Shown here: positions 10,860-21,323 of the stretch, piece by piece
Layout of the letters: every line of letters starts with the position of its first letter
Position numbering within the stretch: the stretch's first letter is position 1
NCBI GenBank assembly: GCA_964291215.2
Contig: OZ219791.1
Location: 2,208,001 to 2,272,000, forward strand
Length of the DNA stretch: 64,000 nucleotides
Source: Alphaproteobacteria bacterium
Lineage (GTDB): Bacteria > Pseudomonadota > Alphaproteobacteria > MPNO01 > UBA830
Direction of reading: 5' to 3'
The notes under the pieces: generated by a model
What the model was told of the DNA's origin: nothing
Seen by the model: the letters and a program-made list of their open reading frames with translations, nothing else
Databases searched by the model: none
Translations under genes and position numbers: made by a program

Positions 10860-12632
10860 ATGCCCGAAGAATCGCGACGCGTGTCGGCAGGAAAAAAGGG
10901 TGGCGGTGGGCGCAAGCCACGCTTCGACAAGGAAAAACTACCCAGCCGGCATACGACGGTCGGGCCGGAGCGGGCTCCGCATCGCAGCTATCTCTATGCG
11001 ATGGGCCTGACCGAAAGGGAAATCAGCCAGCCCCTCGTGGGCGTCGCGACCTGCTGGAACGAGGCGGCGCCGTGCAACATCTCTCTGTCGCGACAGGCAC
11101 AGGCCGCCAAGTACGGCGTCAAGGCAGGTGGCGGCACGCCGCGCGAATTCACGACGATCACCGTGACGGATGGCATCGCCATGGGCCATGAGGGGATGAA
11201 GTCCTCGCTGGTCTCGCGGGAGATCATTGCCGATTCCATCGAGCTTACGATGCGCGGCCATTGCTATGACGCGCTGGTCGGCCTCGCCGGTTGCGATAAG
11301 TCGCTGCCCGGAATGATGATGGCCATGGTCCGGCTGAACGTGCCGTCCGTCTTCGTCTATGGCGGCACGATCCTGCCCGGCAAGTTCGAGGGGCGCGACG
11401 TGACGGTCATCGACGTCTTCGAAGGCGTTGGACAGTATGCTGCGGGCAATATGTCGGCAGCCGATCTGAAGAAGCTCGAGAGCGTCGCCTGTCCCTGCGA
11501 GGGATCCTGCGGCGGCCAGTACACTGCCAATACCATGGCTTGCGTCAGCGAGGCGATCGGCCTCGCGTTGCCGGGATCCTCGGGCGCACCCGCCGCCTAC
11601 AAGTCGCGGGACCAGCATGTCAGGGCGGCAGGCAAGGCGGTTATGGAACTTTTGGCCGGAAACATCCGCCCCCGCGATATCGTCACCCGCGAAGCGCTCG
11701 AGAATGCGGCCGTCGTGGTGGCCGCAACAGGTGGCTCGACAAATGCCGGGCTGCATCTGCCGGCGATCGCGAACGAGGCGGGGATCAGATTTGCCCTCGA
11801 TGATGTCGCGCGGATTTTCAAGAAGACGCCCTATCTCGCGGATCTCATGCCGGGCGGCAAGTACACGGCAACGGACATGCACCGTGCTGGCGGTGTGGCG
11901 GTTGTCATCAAGGAACTGCTCGACAACGGCCTTCTTCGCGGCGATTGCATGACGGTGACCGGCAAGACCCTAGCCGAGAACCACAGCGACGTGACTTTCT
12001 CGGACAGGCAGAAGGTGTTCTATCGGGTCAAGGACGCGCTGTCGCCGACCGGTGGGGTCGTGGGGCTCAAGGGCACGCTCGCGCCCGAGGGGGCGATCGT
12101 CAAGGTCGCCGGTATGACCAACCTGAAATTCCGGGGCCCCGCTCGGGTGTTCAACTGCGAGGAGGACGCCTTCGAGGCCGTGATCAACGACCGGATCAGG
12201 GAGGGCGAGGTCATCGTCATTCGTTACGAGGGTCCGCGTGGCGGTCCCGGCATGCGCGAGATGCTTGCCACGACGGCGGTGCTCTACGGGCGCGGACTGG
12301 GCGAGAAGGTGGCTTTGATCACCGACGGACGCTTTTCGGGCGCGACGCGCGGCTTCTGCATCGGCCATGTCGGGCCGGAAGCAGCTGTCGGCGGTCCCAT
12401 TGGACTGCTCAGGAACGGCGACATGATCTCGATAGATGCCCGCCGGGGGAAGCTGGATGTCGAACTGGAGAAGGCAGAACTCGAAAGCCGCCGCGCGAAG
12501 TGGAAGCCCCGAAAGCACCACTACCAGTCGGGAGCGCTGTGGCGTTACGCGCAGACCGTCGGCAATGCGAGACTGGGAGCGGTCGTGCATCCCGGCGCGC
12601 GCGCCGAAACCCATGTCTATGCCGACCTCTAG
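10860..12632 (+). CDS. ilvD: Dihydroxy-acid dehydratase
   Basis: [44 protein letters not shown]. Confidence 0.97.
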   Translation: MPEESRRVSAGKKGGGGRKPRFDKEKLPSRHTTVGPERAPHRSYLYAMGLTEREISQPLVGVATCWNEAAPCNISLSRQAQAAKYGVKAGGGTPREFTTITVTDGIAMGHEGMKSSLVSREIIADSIELTMRGHCYDALVGLAGCDKSLPGMMMAMVRLNVPSVFVYGGTILPGKFEGRDVTVIDVFEGVGQYAAGNMSAADLKKLESVACPCEGSCGGQYTANTMACVSEAIGLALPGSSGAPAAYKSRDQHVRAAGKAVMELLAGNIRPRDIVTREALENAAVVVAATGGSTNAGLHLPAIANEAGIRFALDDVARIFKKTPYLADLMPGGKYTATDMHRAGGVAVVIKELLDNGLLRGDCMTVTGKTLAENHSDVTFSDRQKVFYRVKDALSPTGGVVGLKGTLAPEGAIVKVAGMTNLKFRGPARVFNCEEDAFEAVINDRIREGEVIVIRYEGPRGGPGMREMLATTAVLYGRGLGEKVALITDGRFSGATRGFCIGHVGPEAAVGGPIGLLRNGDMISIDARRGKLDVELEKAELESRRAKWKPRKHHYQSGALWRYAQTVGNARLGAVVHPGARAETHVYADL

Positions 12633-12637
12633 GCCGT

Positions 12638-12835
12638 TCAGCTGTTGCGGATGGTTCGGACAATGCGCTTGATGCACCACATCGCGACGCTGGCGAGTCC
12701 GAAGACCGCGACCGGACCGGCGAGCGAGTAGAAGTCGCGTACCTGCCCGTTCGCGATCTGCATGACGGCCCATACGAGGCCGAACGCGAGTCCGATAAGG
12801 ACATAACGGAGAATTTCTCGAACGATGTCTGGCAT
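12638..12835 (-). CDS. Small two-TM membrane protein, unknown function
   Basis: 65-aa ORF with two hydrophobic helices directly downstream of xth. Confidence 0.55.
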   Translation of the reverse strand: MPDIVREILRYVLIGLAFGLVWAVMQIANGQVRDFYSLAGPVAVFGLASVAMWCIKRIVRTIRNS

Positions 12836-12848
12836 GGCGGCCGCGTCC

Positions 12849-13622
12849 TCAGTTTCGCAGCGCACACCAGACGGGTGTGTGGTCCGATGCTTTCGGCCGG
12901 CCTCTTGGTTCGCGGTCGATGTTGCAGTCTTCGAGCAGATCGGTGGCCTGCGGCGACAGCAGGAGATGATCGATTCGTACGCCGAGATCTTTTTGCCAGG
13001 CGCCTCTCTGGTAGTCCCAGAAGCTGTACCGGTGCGGTTCGCTGTGAATGACGCGAAAGGCGTCAGTCAGGCCAAGATGGATCATCCGCCGGTAGCGATT
13101 TCTGGCCTCTGCCCGGCACAGCGCGTCCCCGGCCCAGGCTTCGGCGTCATGCACATCGTCGTCTGAGGGGATGATATTGTAGTCGCCGCCGAACACGATG
13201 GCCTCGTCGAGCGTCAGGCGCTCGCGCACGTGTTCACAGAGACATTCCATCCAGCCAATCTTGTAGTCGAATTTTTCGCCCGGAGCCGGGTTGCCGTTGG
13301 GAAGATAGATCGACGCCACGCGCACGCCGGCGGTGAAGCCCTCGATGTAGCGGGCCTGCTCGTCGGCCTCGTTTCCCGGCAGGCCACGAATCACGTCCTC
13401 GATCGGGCTCTTCGAGAGAATCGCCACGCCGTTGAAATTCTTCTGCCCGAGGATCTCGACGTTGTAGCCGAGATCCTCGATTTCCATTCTTGGAAAGGTC
13501 TGATCCGTGGCTTTGATTTCCTGAAGGAGCACGACATCGGGGCGGAAACTCTCAAGCCATTCGAGAACGCGAGGCAAGCGGGCGCGAATTGAGTTCACGT
13601 TCCATGTGGCGATCTTCACCAT
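12849..13622 (-). CDS. xth: Exodeoxyribonuclease III
   Basis: ATWNVNS, LQEIK, YLPNG, GDYN, RIDH, SDH. Confidence 0.96.
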   Translation of the reverse strand: MVKIATWNVNSIRARLPRVLEWLESFRPDVVLLQEIKATDQTFPRMEIEDLGYNVEILGQKNFNGVAILSKSPIEDVIRGLPGNEADEQARYIEGFTAGVRVASIYLPNGNPAPGEKFDYKIGWMECLCEHVRERLTLDEAIVFGGDYNIIPSDDDVHDAEAWAGDALCRAEARNRYRRMIHLGLTDAFRVIHSEPHRYSFWDYQRGAWQKDLGVRIDHLLLSPQATDLLEDCNIDREPRGRPKASDHTPVWCALRN

Positions 13623-13698
13623 GAGGGATACCGGGAAATCGACCCCCGTCCGCTGTCATGAATTGCCGACGGGTACATGTCCGATGCCGATTGGAAGT

Positions 13699-14055
13699 TC
13701 AGAATATCGCGAATGAGGTGCCGCAGCCGCAAGTGGAGGTCGCGTTCGGATTTTCGATCGAGAAATAGGCCCCGATCAGTTCTTCCCTGTAGCTGATCTC
13801 GGATCCGGCGAGATATTCCCAAGATGTTTCATCGATCACGACCTTGACGCCATCCCGTGAGATGACCCGGTCGTCATCATTGACCTGGTCGTCGAAGATG
13901 AAACTGTACTGAAAGCCCGAACACCCGCCACCGTCGACGGCGACGCGTAGCAGGACGAGCGCCTCCTGTTCGGCCGCCAGTTCCTTGAGGCGTCTGACTG
14001 CCGAATCGCTGACCGTGACCTGCTGTTCAAGGGTCTCTGCTTGTCCGTCAGGCAT
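13699..14055 (-). CDS. erpA: Fe-S cluster insertion protein ErpA (HesB/IscA family)
   Basis: GGGCSGFQY, NPNA..CGCGTSF; adjacent to xth. Confidence 0.92.
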   Translation of the reverse strand: MPDGQAETLEQQVTVSDSAVRRLKELAAEQEALVLLRVAVDGGGCSGFQYSFIFDDQVNDDDRVISRDGVKVVIDETSWEYLAGSEISYREELIGAYFSIENPNATSTCGCGTSFAIF

Positions 14056-14439
14056 CGCGCTGCTTCCTGCATCGGGGCATACGGTCAATCTGGGGCAATT
14101 GCTGTTTGCAGTCAAGAGGCGGAGTTCCGACAGCCAAGGCGATCTGCAGCGTCCAGACGCACCGTTACCTGACCCCGCACCACCTCCATCCCGCCGCCCG
14201 GCGGCGACAGGCTACGATGGTCCTCCTTCCGAACCACCACCGACGTATCCTTGATGCAGGGAGCGAGGCCCGGCCGGTCTGCATCGGTCGGCAGTTTTCC
14301 GTTGCGTGACAGACGGTTGGGCCTGGCCCGGCCTCTGACCGCGGTTTCGCGCGCGGGTCGCGTTGTCCGTTCAAGAGCGCCGTTCCGTTCCCCCGGGACG
14401 GACGGCGCCCGAGGGAACAGACAACGGAGACACGCGCAT

Positions 14440-15530
14440 CCATGCCCCCATCAACGAGCGGACGGTCCGCCGCACCTTCAGGGAGAAGAAACCCGGGCGA
14501 TACGGCCTGACCGTCAGGGACCTGCCCGCCTTCGGCTTCACCGTCGCCGGGACGAAGACCTTCTTTGTCCAGACCTCACGCCAGTTCGGCGCGCCCAGGG
14601 CGATCCTCGGCACGACCGACGACATGACCGCCGCCGAGGCGAGGGAGAAGGCCATTGCCGCCATCGCCGAAGCCGGGGCCGACCGCGAGACCGGGCCGCT
14701 GTTCGCCGACTTCGCGGCCGACTTCATGCGCCGCCAGGGGCGGCGCTGGAAACCCTCCACGAAGAAGGCCAACGCCCATCTGATCGAGCGCCGCCTCCTG
14801 CCCTTCTTCGGCGCGATGCCCGTCGCGAAGATCGACCGCGCCAATGTGCGGCGCTGGTTCGATTCCCTCAGCGGAACCCCCGGCAGCGCCAACCGGACCC
14901 TGCCGGTGCTCTCGGTGATGATGCGGCAGGCGGAGCTATGGGACCTTCGCCCGCAGGGCTCCAACCCCTGCCGCAACATGCGGCGCTACAGGACGGCGCC
15001 GCGCGAGCGGTTCCTGTCGCTGGAGGAACTCAAGCGCCTCGGCTTCGTCCTCGACCATGCGGAGGACCGGCAGGCCGCCTGCTGCTGTTCACCGGCGCCC
15101 GGTCGTCCGAGATCGCCGGCCTGCAATGGGACTGGATACGGGACACCCGCGCGGTGTTGCCGGACTCCAAGACCGGGCGCTCCAGCTTCCCCCGCGGGCC
15201 GTCCTGAATGGCCTGCCGCGCGAGGGACGCTTCGTCTTCCCGAACGGGAAGGGCGACGGCCCGATGACCGACCTCGGCCTGCGCTGGCAGAAGCTGCGCG
15301 GTCTCGCCGGGCTGGACGATGTGCGCATCCACGACTGCCGGCATACCTTCGCCTCCCATGCCGTGATGAGCGGCCTCGACCTCTACACCGTCGGCCGCCT
15401 GCTCGGCCATGCCGATACCGCCTCCACCGAACGCTACGCCCATCTCGCCGACGAGCATGTCCGCGAGGCGGCCGGGCGCATCTCCGGCATCGTCCACGAG
15501 GCCATGACCGCGAAGGAGAGCGGGCGATGA
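14440..15530 (+). pseudogene. Tyrosine recombinase/integrase 1 (Arm-binding N-terminus), frameshifted
   Basis: FTGARSSEI, LPDSKTG, RIHDCRHTFASHAV, LLGH, ERYAHL distributed over three frames. Confidence 0.85.
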
Positions 15531-16859
15531 GCGGCGGCAGGCACCGGCTCACCGTGAAGGCCGTCGCCAAGCCGGCGGAACGGGAATACACCCTGTGGGA
15601 CAATCTGCTGGCGCATTTCGGGGTCAGGGTGCAGCCCTCCGGCGTCCGGTCCCGGATCGTCCAGACCCGCGTCCGGGGACGCATGCGCAAGATCACCCTC
15701 GGGCGCTTCCCCGAACTGCCTCTCGACGCGGCCCGCCGGGAAGGCGCGGCCGTGCTCGCCCGCCTGTGGGGCGGCGAAGACGTGACGCCGCCGCGCAAGG
15801 AGAAGGCGCCGCTGTTCCGGGACTTCGCCGCCCGTTACCGCTCGCGGCGGAAACACCGCTGGAAGCCGTCCTCGCTCGAGACCTTCGACATCTACCTGAA
15901 GAACCGCCTGATGCCGCACTTCGGCAGGCTCCGGCTCGACGCCATCGACCATGCGCGGGTCTCGGCATGGTTCGACGCCGCCAGCGCGGACAGGCGCCGC
16001 CAACCGCGCCTTCGAGATACTCCGCGCCATGCTCGGGACGGCCCGCCAATGGGGCGACATCTGCGAGCATGTCCCAGACGCCTGCGCCAACATCGTGAAG
16101 AACCCCCGCAAGCCCGTCGCGCGTTACCTCAGCCGCGAAGAGCTGGAGCGTCTCGGCGCTGTGCTGGACCGCCGCCGGGAGGACCACCCCTGGCCGGTGG
16201 CGGCCATCCGGCTGTTGACCCTCACCGGGGCGCGGCTCTCCGAAGTCATCAACCTCAGGTGGGACGAGATCGGAGAGCTGGCCGGAGACGGCGCGAGCGC
16301 GCGCATCGAAGACTCCAAGACCGGGCCGCACACCATCTGGCTCGGACCCGAAGCGGCAAGGCTGGTCGAGGCGCTGCCGCGACTGGATGGCCGGGAGCGG
16401 GTGTTCCCCGAAACCCTCACATCGGCAAGGCTCTACACCTTCTGGTGCGGTATCCGCGACGAGGCGGGGCTTCCGGGCCTTCGCATCCACGACTGCCGCC
16501 ACACCTGGGCCTCGCAGGGCGTCATGAACGGCGTCGGGCTCACCACCGTCGGACGGCTGCTCGGACACCGCAAGCGGGAGACCACCGCGATCTACGCCCA
16601 TCTCGACGATGGCGCGCTGCGCGACGCCGCCGCGCAGGCCGCCGCCGTCATCGCGCGAGCGATGGGGTACAGGGCGGAAGCGGCGCCGCTGCCGGACAAG
16701 GCGGAGCACGGCGACGTATTGGCTGCAGCGCCCGGGCTCCCGGGTCCCGGAAAGCCAACCGCGCCAGAGAAGGAGTGGATTCCTCTTCGTGGCAGATCCC
16801 GGGATCCGGAGCGATCGGATGCAAGCATCCGCCGTAGACCGCAGGGTATCGAGATCTGA
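15527..16859 (+). pseudogene. Tyrosine recombinase/integrase 2, one frameshift near 15990
   Basis: Arm-DNA-binding-like EYTLWD..FGVRVQPSG..KITLGRFP, then TGARLSE, DSKTG, HDCRH, LGH, AIYAH; ATGA overlap with integrase 1. Confidence 0.88.
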
Positions 16860-17029
16860 GTTTGTGGCGGGCGTGGAGCCGATCGGGGAGGGTCAGGCGG
16901 GGTCTTTGCCATGAGCCCTGATCGGGTTGCCGGTCGTCCCGCCAGTTACAGGGAAAGGGCCCGTCGAGCCGGCTCTGCGGGCTCGTCGTTCATGCCGGCA
17001 ATGTCCAGGATCGCGACGGAGCCTCGGCC

Positions 17030-17366
17030 GTGCGGAAATCGATCCGCCATGCCTGCCCCTGGCTGCGCCATCTGTTCGCCGACGGCGGGTATGCCGGGCC
17101 GAAGCTGCGCGGCGCCTCGACAGGGTCGGCAAGTGGACGCTCGAGATCGTCAAGCGGTCGGTCATCGCAAGCGGCTTCGAAAGCCTCTCTGGACGATGGG
17201 TCGCCGGACGCACCTTCGCGTGGCTCGGACGCTGCCGCAGGTTGGCGAAAGACCGGGAGAAATCCATCGCCTCAAGCGAAGCATGGATCGAAATTGCTCA
17301 CATCAGGCTTACAACACGGCGCCTCGCAAGGCCCTGTAATCCTTGAAGGAGTTTCAAGTCAGGCTC
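17030..17366 (+). mobile_element. IS5-family transposase 3' remnant with right end
   Basis: PWLRHLFADGGYAGPKL and RW..RTFAWLGRCRRLAKD.EKSIASS; ends GTCAGGCTC. Confidence 0.8.
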
Positions 17367-17407
17367 CGAGGCCGGACGCGCCTGCCGAAAGGCGATTCAT
17401 ATTTTGT

Positions 17408-17448
17408 TTGATTTTGCAACATCATCATGCTACATTGTATGAAAATCA
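17408..17448 (+). promoter_or_regulatory. Sigma70-like promoter overlapped by an imperfect inverted repeat (candidate XRE operator)
   Basis: TTGATT (17408)-17 bp-TACATT (17431) with TG extension; arms TGATTTTgcaACA / TGTatgAAAATCA. Confidence 0.5.
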
Positions 17449-17463
17449 GACATGGAGGCTCCA

Positions 17464-17808
17464 ATGGCACCTGTTACGACACTCGAGCCCAAGACCGTAC
17501 CGGCATTCCCTGCCGGGGAAATCGAGGCCTGTATCCGCGATGTCCTGGCGGACCAAGGCGCGATGCAGGTGGCCCTGCAAGGCGGCGCAACACCAGCAGG
17601 CGATCCGGGCAGTGCGGTCGGTCCGCAGCCGGTGATCGATTCGCTGGTCGTTGTGGAAGTGCTGCTTGCAATCGAGCCGAAAGTACCGTTCGCGCTTCCC
17701 GACAGTCTGGTACAGCCGGGCGGTTACGACAATGTCGATGAGGTCGTGCAGCATCTTGTGCCACAACTGGAGCGGCGGTGGCGCAAGCATCATGAGGAGA
17801 AAAATTGA
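17464..17808 (+). CDS. Small acyl-carrier-protein-like protein
   Basis: IDSLVVVEVLLAIE resembles the ACP (L/I)DSL..VE...A.E helix; GGAGG RBS; TGATG coupling to the next gene. Confidence 0.6.
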   Translation: MAPVTTLEPKTVPAFPAGEIEACIRDVLADQGAMQVALQGGATPAGDPGSAVGPQPVIDSLVVVEVLLAIEPKVPFALPDSLVQPGGYDNVDEVVQHLVPQLERRWRKHHEEKN

Positions 17809-18200
17809 TGGCGGACAAAAGTAGGCAAGGCGAATCCTGGAGGGACGAAACGATTGACCGGCAACAGCTTGGCGCGCGTTTGCGCGAGGCGCGAGAGTAC
17901 TTGGGCCTATCACAGGATGAAGTAGCAAAATACCTCGGGATTCCGCGAACGGCGTTGTCGCATATCGAAAGCGGTCAGCGCCGCCTCGACGCGCTGGAAC
18001 TGAAAAAGGCTGCGCATCTGTATAAGCGCCCCATAGCCCATTTCACCGGAGAGGCAGAAGCTGATGCAAGCCTGCCTGACGACATCGCCCATCTGGCCCG
18101 TGCCGCTGCCGGCTTTTCGGAAAGGGACCGCCAGGAATTGAGCCGGTTTGCCGACTATCTGCGGGCACGCGCGCAAAGCGAGAGGTCCTCGGATGGCTGA
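17808..18200 (+). CDS. XRE-family HTH transcriptional regulator
   Basis: LGARLREAREYLGLSQDEVAKYLGIPRTALSHIESGQR. Confidence 0.93.
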   Translation: MADKSRQGESWRDETIDRQQLGARLREAREYLGLSQDEVAKYLGIPRTALSHIESGQRRLDALELKKAAHLYKRPIAHFTGEAEADASLPDDIAHLARAAAGFSERDRQELSRFADYLRARAQSERSSDG

Positions 18201-19208
18201 CGTCCGCAATGCCATTTTGCGCGGCAAGCGCGAGGCCGGCCGGTTGCACCGAGCGTTCGGGATGCGGGAGCGTGTCGAAGCGGAAGGCGGCCGGATCGAC
18301 GTGTTCGACACGATCATTAAATCGGGTGTGCCGCTTTTGTTCAAGCCGCTAGAAGGATTGCTCGGCGTTTTCATCAATGAGCCGATGCCCGGTGTCATGG
18401 TGACGACGAAGCGGGGACTCAGTATTCAGCGCTTCACCGGCGCTCATGAGCTGGGGCATTGCGTCCTCGATCATCGTCCGAGTCTTGATGATGAGTCGAT
18501 TTTGCGACGGTCGCCGTTCAATACCACGCCGGATTACGAGCAGCAGGAACTCGAAGCGGACGCATTCGCCACGGAGTTCATGATGCCGCCTTGGCTGTTC
18601 GTGGCGCATTTCCTGCGACACGAGTGGACGCCTGCGTTGATGGCGGATCCGCTGATGGTCTATCAACTCTCGCTGCGGATCGGTACGAGCTATGAGGCCA
18701 CATGCCGATCATTGATGCGGCCCGGCGTTGCCGTGATACAGAAGAACACGGTCGATAACCTGCTCCGTGTGCAGCCCAAGGCCATCAAGAAAGCGTTGCT
18801 TGGAGACTATGAACCGCCCGACTGGCGGCGGGATGTCTGGCTGCTGACGAAAAATGACGAAGGTGCCGTCATCGAGGGCAGCCGTTCGGACCTCTTTGTG
18901 CTCAAGTTGAAAGAACACAGCGGGTCCGGCTATGTCTGGACCTTCGAAGAACTCAACGAAGCGGGCTTTGCCGTTGTCCGCGACGAGCGTGAGGGACCGG
19001 ACGGCGAAACAATCGGCGGGCACGTGATGCGGTCGATTACGGCGCGCTCCGAAGGACCGCAACAGGGACGAATGGCACTTGCAGAGCGGCGCCCATGGCT
19101 TGCCGAAGGCGCACCACTGGCCTCATTCTGCGTCCACTTGACCTGAGCGGGCCGCAAGGCGAAGGGATATCGCGAGCCGAGCGGCAGCATCTGCTGGGAG
19201 CCGCCTGA
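18193..19208 (+). CDS. ImmA/IrrE (M78) metallopeptidase fused to a chagasin/I42-like inhibitor domain; probable 1-nt deletion near 19139 (current ORF stops at 19146)
   Basis: QRFTGAHELGH and E.EADAFA.EFMMP; C-terminal LKEHSGSGYVW..IGG..RRPW; shifted frame DLSGPQGEGISRAERQHLLGAA* ends in TGATG on the next start. Confidence 0.85.
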
Positions 19209-19909
19209 TGGAGGTCACGGTCGAATGTGACCTGCGTCATTTGTTCGGTCCGGCGCGCGATCAAGGCGTGCGGCCAACCTGCATGGCCTTCGCGGCAAGT
19301 GACGCCCACGCGGCGGCCCGGCCGGACTGGGTTCCACTGTCGTGCGAATACGCCTATTTCCATGCACTGAGACGGGACGGGGGCAACCCAGATGACGGGA
19401 CAACGCTCACTGCGATACTGACGGCGATCAAAGAGGACGGACAGCCGCCGGAGACGACCTGGGCGTACCTGCCGCGCATGCCGGCCGACTTTGCGCTATG
19501 GAAGCCGCCCGAAAGCGTCAGCCTTCTTTACCGGCGTGCCAACGCCCATGGCCGCGCATCACTCACCGCAATCCGTACAGGACTAGATGCCGGAGTACCG
19601 ATGATTACAACGATGTGCCTGTCCGATGCATTCTTCCAGCCCGACCCGGACAGCATCATCGACGCATGCGAGCCACCCGACCCGCAGCGGCGGCACGCGA
19701 TTATCGCGGTCGGCTATGGCACTCGGAGTGGCAACCGACTGATCCTTGTACGGAATAGCTGGGGCACGGGCTGGGGCGCCGATGGTTATGCGTGGGTAAG
19801 CGAAAGCTATCTTGCACCCCGTTTGTACGATTTTGCAGAAATGAAAGAGGATCTGACGAGTGTACCTGCCGATCCCAACGCAGCCAACGTGCGCAACAGC
19901 GTGGCTTGA
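19208..19909 (+). CDS. Papain-like (C1) cysteine protease
   Basis: RDQGVRPTCMAFA (Q..C), HAIIAVGYG (H), RNSWG..WG..GY (N); no signal peptide or pro-domain. Confidence 0.92.
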   Translation: MEVTVECDLRHLFGPARDQGVRPTCMAFAASDAHAAARPDWVPLSCEYAYFHALRRDGGNPDDGTTLTAILTAIKEDGQPPETTWAYLPRMPADFALWKPPESVSLLYRRANAHGRASLTAIRTGLDAGVPMITTMCLSDAFFQPDPDSIIDACEPPDPQRRHAIIAVGYGTRSGNRLILVRNSWGTGWGADGYAWVSESYLAPRLYDFAEMKEDLTSVPADPNAANVRNSVA

Positions 19910-20668
19910 GGCCTTGGTGGCTGTCGACAAGGAGCCCGGCCACGAAGCGCACAATGTGATTATCGACATGGCCGAGCCGCTGGTGCAGACCGCCGTCGAC
20001 GCGCGCATGATGAAGGTCGCCGACGATTTCTTACGTGACCGTGGCGCAATGCCCCTGCAATCCGTGGCGAATACGATCTTCCCGGAGGGTCTATACCGGC
20101 GGCACGGCGCGCCTGCTCTCTATCACGTGTATGGACAGGTTTACCAGCAGGTAAAGAAGAAGCAAGGCGATTGGGGCCGGTATTTTGAACGGATGATTCG
20201 CCGCCCGACTACAAACGGCAAGAACATCAATCCTCTCGCCGACATGATTGCGAAAATGACGCAGCATGTTCACGGTGGCGGCAAAACGTTCCGCAACATA
20301 TACGAGTTGACCGTTTCCGATCCAGCTCTCGATGTGCCCATCTATGATCCCGAACGTGATGCCGGGCCGGTGATGAACCGACAGTGCATGAGCTTCCTGA
20401 GCTTCAAGCTTGATCATGAAAACGCATGATGCTGACCGCCTTGTACCGGAACCACTATTACATCGAACGGCTGTTCGGCAATCTGATTGGCCTCGCTCGG
20501 CTGATGGCTTTCGTTGGGCGCGAGGCCAATGTGCCGGTTGGTCCGCTGACCGTCATCTCCACCCACGCCGAAATCGACACGCGGCGCGGCTGGAAGCGCC
20601 ACGATATCAAAGAGCTAATCGCTGCGTGTCGGGAAGCCACAGCTCAAAAGGTGAGCGTCGTCGCGTAG
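19860..20668 (+). CDS. Thymidylate-synthase-like protein, split into 19860-20429 and 20426-20668 by a probable 1-nt deletion
   Basis: QCMSFLSFK (catalytic Cys position), LTALYRNH, FGNLIGLARL.AFV, VGPLTVISTHA match the TS core topology. Confidence 0.7.
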
Positions 20669-20672
20669 CCGA

Positions 20673-21323
20673 TTACCTGCCTGCGCTGGCGGTGCAACGC
20701 ACGCCGTAAAGGTCGCACATGCTGTGAATGAACTCCTTCTGCCCGCCATAACTGGGATGCCGGACGGCGGTCGACGCAAGATCAAGGTGGGAAAGCGCTT
20801 GCTGCGCATCGCGGCCTATGGCGACGAGGCGCCGGGGCTGCAGCATTTGCATCAGGGTCAACAAAATATCGTGGAACATGTCCCGCTCCGCGCGTGTATG
20901 ACGGCGGTTAGAAAGGGGGTCGCCAGTCTTGAAGGGGTGAAGCGGGAATACGTTCCACAGGAAGATTGGCCTGTCAATTTGGGTGAGCACCTTCCAGACG
21001 ATGGCTGCTGTGCGCTCAGCCATAGGTGGCCCTTTCGTCGCGCGTGAGATCGAGACCCCGTAAATCTCCCTGAACGTCTGCAAGTGAATTTCGTCCGTGA
21101 GCGGCAGCCCGGTTTGGCGTCCACCACGATAACCCAGATCGCGCGCAAGCCAAATTGAGTCCACTTCTTCATCCGCAACGGTTTCAAGAAAAGCGCGCAA
21201 ATTAGCGTGCCGCCTTTTCGGAGCGTCAGCGCGGTCATGGACCGGGCATACGTCTCTGTACGGATTGAAAACAGCGTCGAGATGGACGGCGCTCAAGGCG
21301 TCGACGAGGGCAGACGGTTTCAT
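20673..21323 (-). CDS. Uracil-DNA glycosylase superfamily protein
   Basis: VFNPY, DLGYRGGRQTGLPLTDE, ERTA, WNVFPLHP, AIGR.A, RHPSYGG. Confidence 0.85.
   Translation of the reverse strand: MKPSALVDALSAVHLDAVFNPYRDVCPVHDRADAPKRRHANLRAFLETVADEEVDSIWLARDLGYRGGRQTGLPLTDEIHLQTFREIYGVSISRATKGPPMAERTAAIVWKVLTQIDRPIFLWNVFPLHPFKTGDPLSNRRHTRAERDMFHDILLTLMQMLQPRRLVAIGRDAQQALSHLDLASTAVRHPSYGGQKEFIHSMCDLYGVRCTASAGR

Noticed and set aside
14363-16837. 824-aa ORF as a single giant integrase
   Set aside because: Chimera of integrase 1 and integrase 2 segments joined by out-of-frame stretches; the catalytic motifs lie in other frames
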